DNA of 64,000 nt from a virus. Its lineage: Duplodnaviria; Caudoviricetes. The position numbers were made by a program, and so were the translations under genes. The stretch covers positions 32,001 to 96,000 of IMG/VR virus record IMGVR_UViG_3300032225_001437; one strand, written 5' to 3'. The notes under the pieces are model-generated. The model saw nothing but the letters and a program-made list of their open reading frames with translations, was not told where the DNA came from and searched no databases. Each line of letters begins with the position of its first letter. Within the stretch, counting starts at the first letter, position 1. Positions 62,550 to 64,000 of the stretch are shown here, one piece after another.

Positions 62550-63470
62550 TTATTTTTTCTTTTTCTTGCTTGAGGCCAATACCTTAGCTTCGACAGGTTT
62601 TGCTGGTTCAGCTGGCGCACTTGCAACTGGTGTATTGCTTAATGCCGCACCATTTTGCATGGCCAAATTATGCAGATCTTTGTAAAGCTGATCCTGAGTT
62701 TGGAAGTCAAACACATAAGTTCCAGTATGACGCAATAGCACACGCTTGTCTACCCAGACCTTGCCACCCAGATCACGCCAGTTTTCACAGAAAGTCCAGT
62801 CTTCACTATAGTAACGATTCTCACGAACTGCTGTGTCAAAGTAAGTTTTCATGTAGGGATTAAGTTCCGCTGGCAAGCCAATGTCATTGATAAAAGGTTT
62901 AGTAGCAGGGTGAGCATTTAACTTCTCAAATACATCACGTTGGATCAGCATAAAGCCGGTGCCAGTTTTACTAACTTCTTGTAGGGTACCATCTTCACTT
63001 GTTTCAGCACCGTCAAATCCATTAACACACCACTTGACCGGCAAGGATTTCATTGGATACAATCCGCCGATCACATCTTTTTGTGCGTTGAGCATGACCA
63101 ACAGGTGCCAAGGCTCCCAGCCAATATCAGCATCAATAAACATCAGGTGTGTGCTTTCTTTGTTGTGCAGGAACTTGGCTGTTAAGGTATTTCTAGCACG
63201 ACTGATCAAACTTTCGTTGGTCATGGTTTCCATAGTCCAATCAATGCCCAATTGGCGGCAAGTGTTAGACCATTTGATATAGCTCATAAAGCATGATTCT
63301 GTTAACATGCCACCGTAGCACGGCATACAAATATGCACACGGGTGGTTTTTAAATAATCAACATTGACTTGAATCTGTTGTTGACCTGGCTGTAACGGCG
63401 GTTGCTCAGTTACTAGTCCAGTTTGTGGGGTTTCTGTTGTTGGTGGCACAGTTCCAGTTTGGCGTATCAT
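62550..63470 (-). CDS. glycosyltransferase-like (GT-A) protein
   Basis: ESLISRARN, MFIDADIGW, GTGFMLI, SEDWTFC. Confidence 0.75.
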   Translation of the reverse strand: MIRQTGTVPPTTETPQTGLVTEQPPLQPGQQQIQVNVDYLKTTRVHICMPCYGGMLTESCFMSYIKWSNTCRQLGIDWTMETMTNESLISRARNTLTAKFLHNKESTHLMFIDADIGWEPWHLLVMLNAQKDVIGGLYPMKSLPVKWCVNGFDGAETSEDGTLQEVSKTGTGFMLIQRDVFEKLNAHPATKPFINDIGLPAELNPYMKTYFDTAVRENRYYSEDWTFCENWRDLGGKVWVDKRVLLRHTGTYVFDFQTQDQLYKDLHNLAMQNGAALSNTPVASAPAEPAKPVEAKVLASSKKKKK

Positions 63471-63520
63471 AAAGTCCTCTATAAAAGTGTAAGATATTTA
63501 ATAGAGTATAGCACACCCGG

Positions 63521-64000
63521 TTATTTTTTCCTAGCCTTGCGTTCGTCGATGTAGTCTTGACTTTCTTTGACGGTTTTGATTTTGTTCTTTAGCCATTGGA
63601 TATTTTCTTGTATTCGAGCCAGCTTGTGCTCACGCATTACATTAACAGGATTGTCCCCGGCAAATACTGCTTCTTGTCCATAGATCACAGCTTCTTGCGG
63701 AGCATCAGCACCCAACCGTTGATCAAATATTGCTCTGAGTTCTGGGTCCGGTGTGCCGTATAAGTCTGTGATAATTTGGTCACGGTCTGCATTGTTGCCA
63801 TCCAAATACAATTTGCGAATTTGACTGGCACTGTTGGCATCCGCGCCTTTGACACGAAAGTTAACAGTTGGAGTCACCACAACATAACCATGTCGAGTCA
63901 TTGGTTGTAGGCCTTTTTCGTTCTCCGGCATGGGCTGTAAGTAGCTGGCCGTTCCATCTTTCTTAGGAGCAAAATTAAAACGTTCAGCATCTTTGGCGCT
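63521..64000 (-). CDS. C-terminal part of a cytidylyltransferase-like (HIGH superfamily) protein, 5'-truncated
   Basis: The frame stays open to the window edge (SAKDAERF...); SASQIR resembles the SxT/SxxR motif. Confidence 0.45.
   Translation of the reverse strand, partial: SAKDAERFNFAPKKDGTASYLQPMPENEKGLQPMTRHGYVVVTPTVNFRVKGADANSASQIRKLYLDGNNADRDQIITDLYGTPDPELRAIFDQRLGADAPQEAVIYGQEAVFAGDNPVNVMREHKLARIQENIQWLKNKIKTVKESQDYIDERKARKK

Noticed and set aside
241-63282. Numerous plus-strand ORFs in the track (e.g. 2334..2855, 15380..15766, 49136..49597, 60442..60834)
   Set aside because: They are antisense shadows of well-supported minus-strand genes, with no motifs or SD sequences

Overview
A 64-kb segment of a large T4-like (jumbo/huge) dsDNA phage, standard genetic code, with almost all genes on the minus strand. 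A Gram-negative host, possibly betaproteobacterial, is inferred from Bug/TctC, TorF, FdxA, CspA and RpoZ homologues. In window order it contains: (i) an accessory tailoring-enzyme cluster (flavin halogenase, cupin/2OG-type oxygenases, PP-loop ATPase, acyl-CoA-dehydrogenase-like protein, TctC); (ii) 15 tRNA genes, a manA-like structured RNA and a two-piece (permuted) tmRNA; (iii) an RNase H/5'-3' exonuclease, NadE, sugar-nucleotide enzymes and glycosyltransferases interleaved with a 7-deazaguanine pathway (folE, queD, queE, DpdL-like, TGT/DpdA-like), next to a sliding-clamp-like gene and the family-B DNA polymerase; (iv) a late block of modular proteins with capsid-targeting-like N-termini and repeated hydrophobic-X-E motifs, carrying GNAT, ParB-like, GH19, nucleotidyltransferase, amidoligase, HExxH peptidase, deaminase and RelE/YafQ-like domains. 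The most striking unannotated element is a candidate ribosome-sensing attenuator at 11499-11685: a leaderless 31-codon leader whose codons cover every tRNA of the downstream 11-tRNA array, with mutually exclusive antiterminator/terminator hairpins. Riboswitch-like leaders also precede queD and folE. All calls come from manual motif reading; no searches were run.
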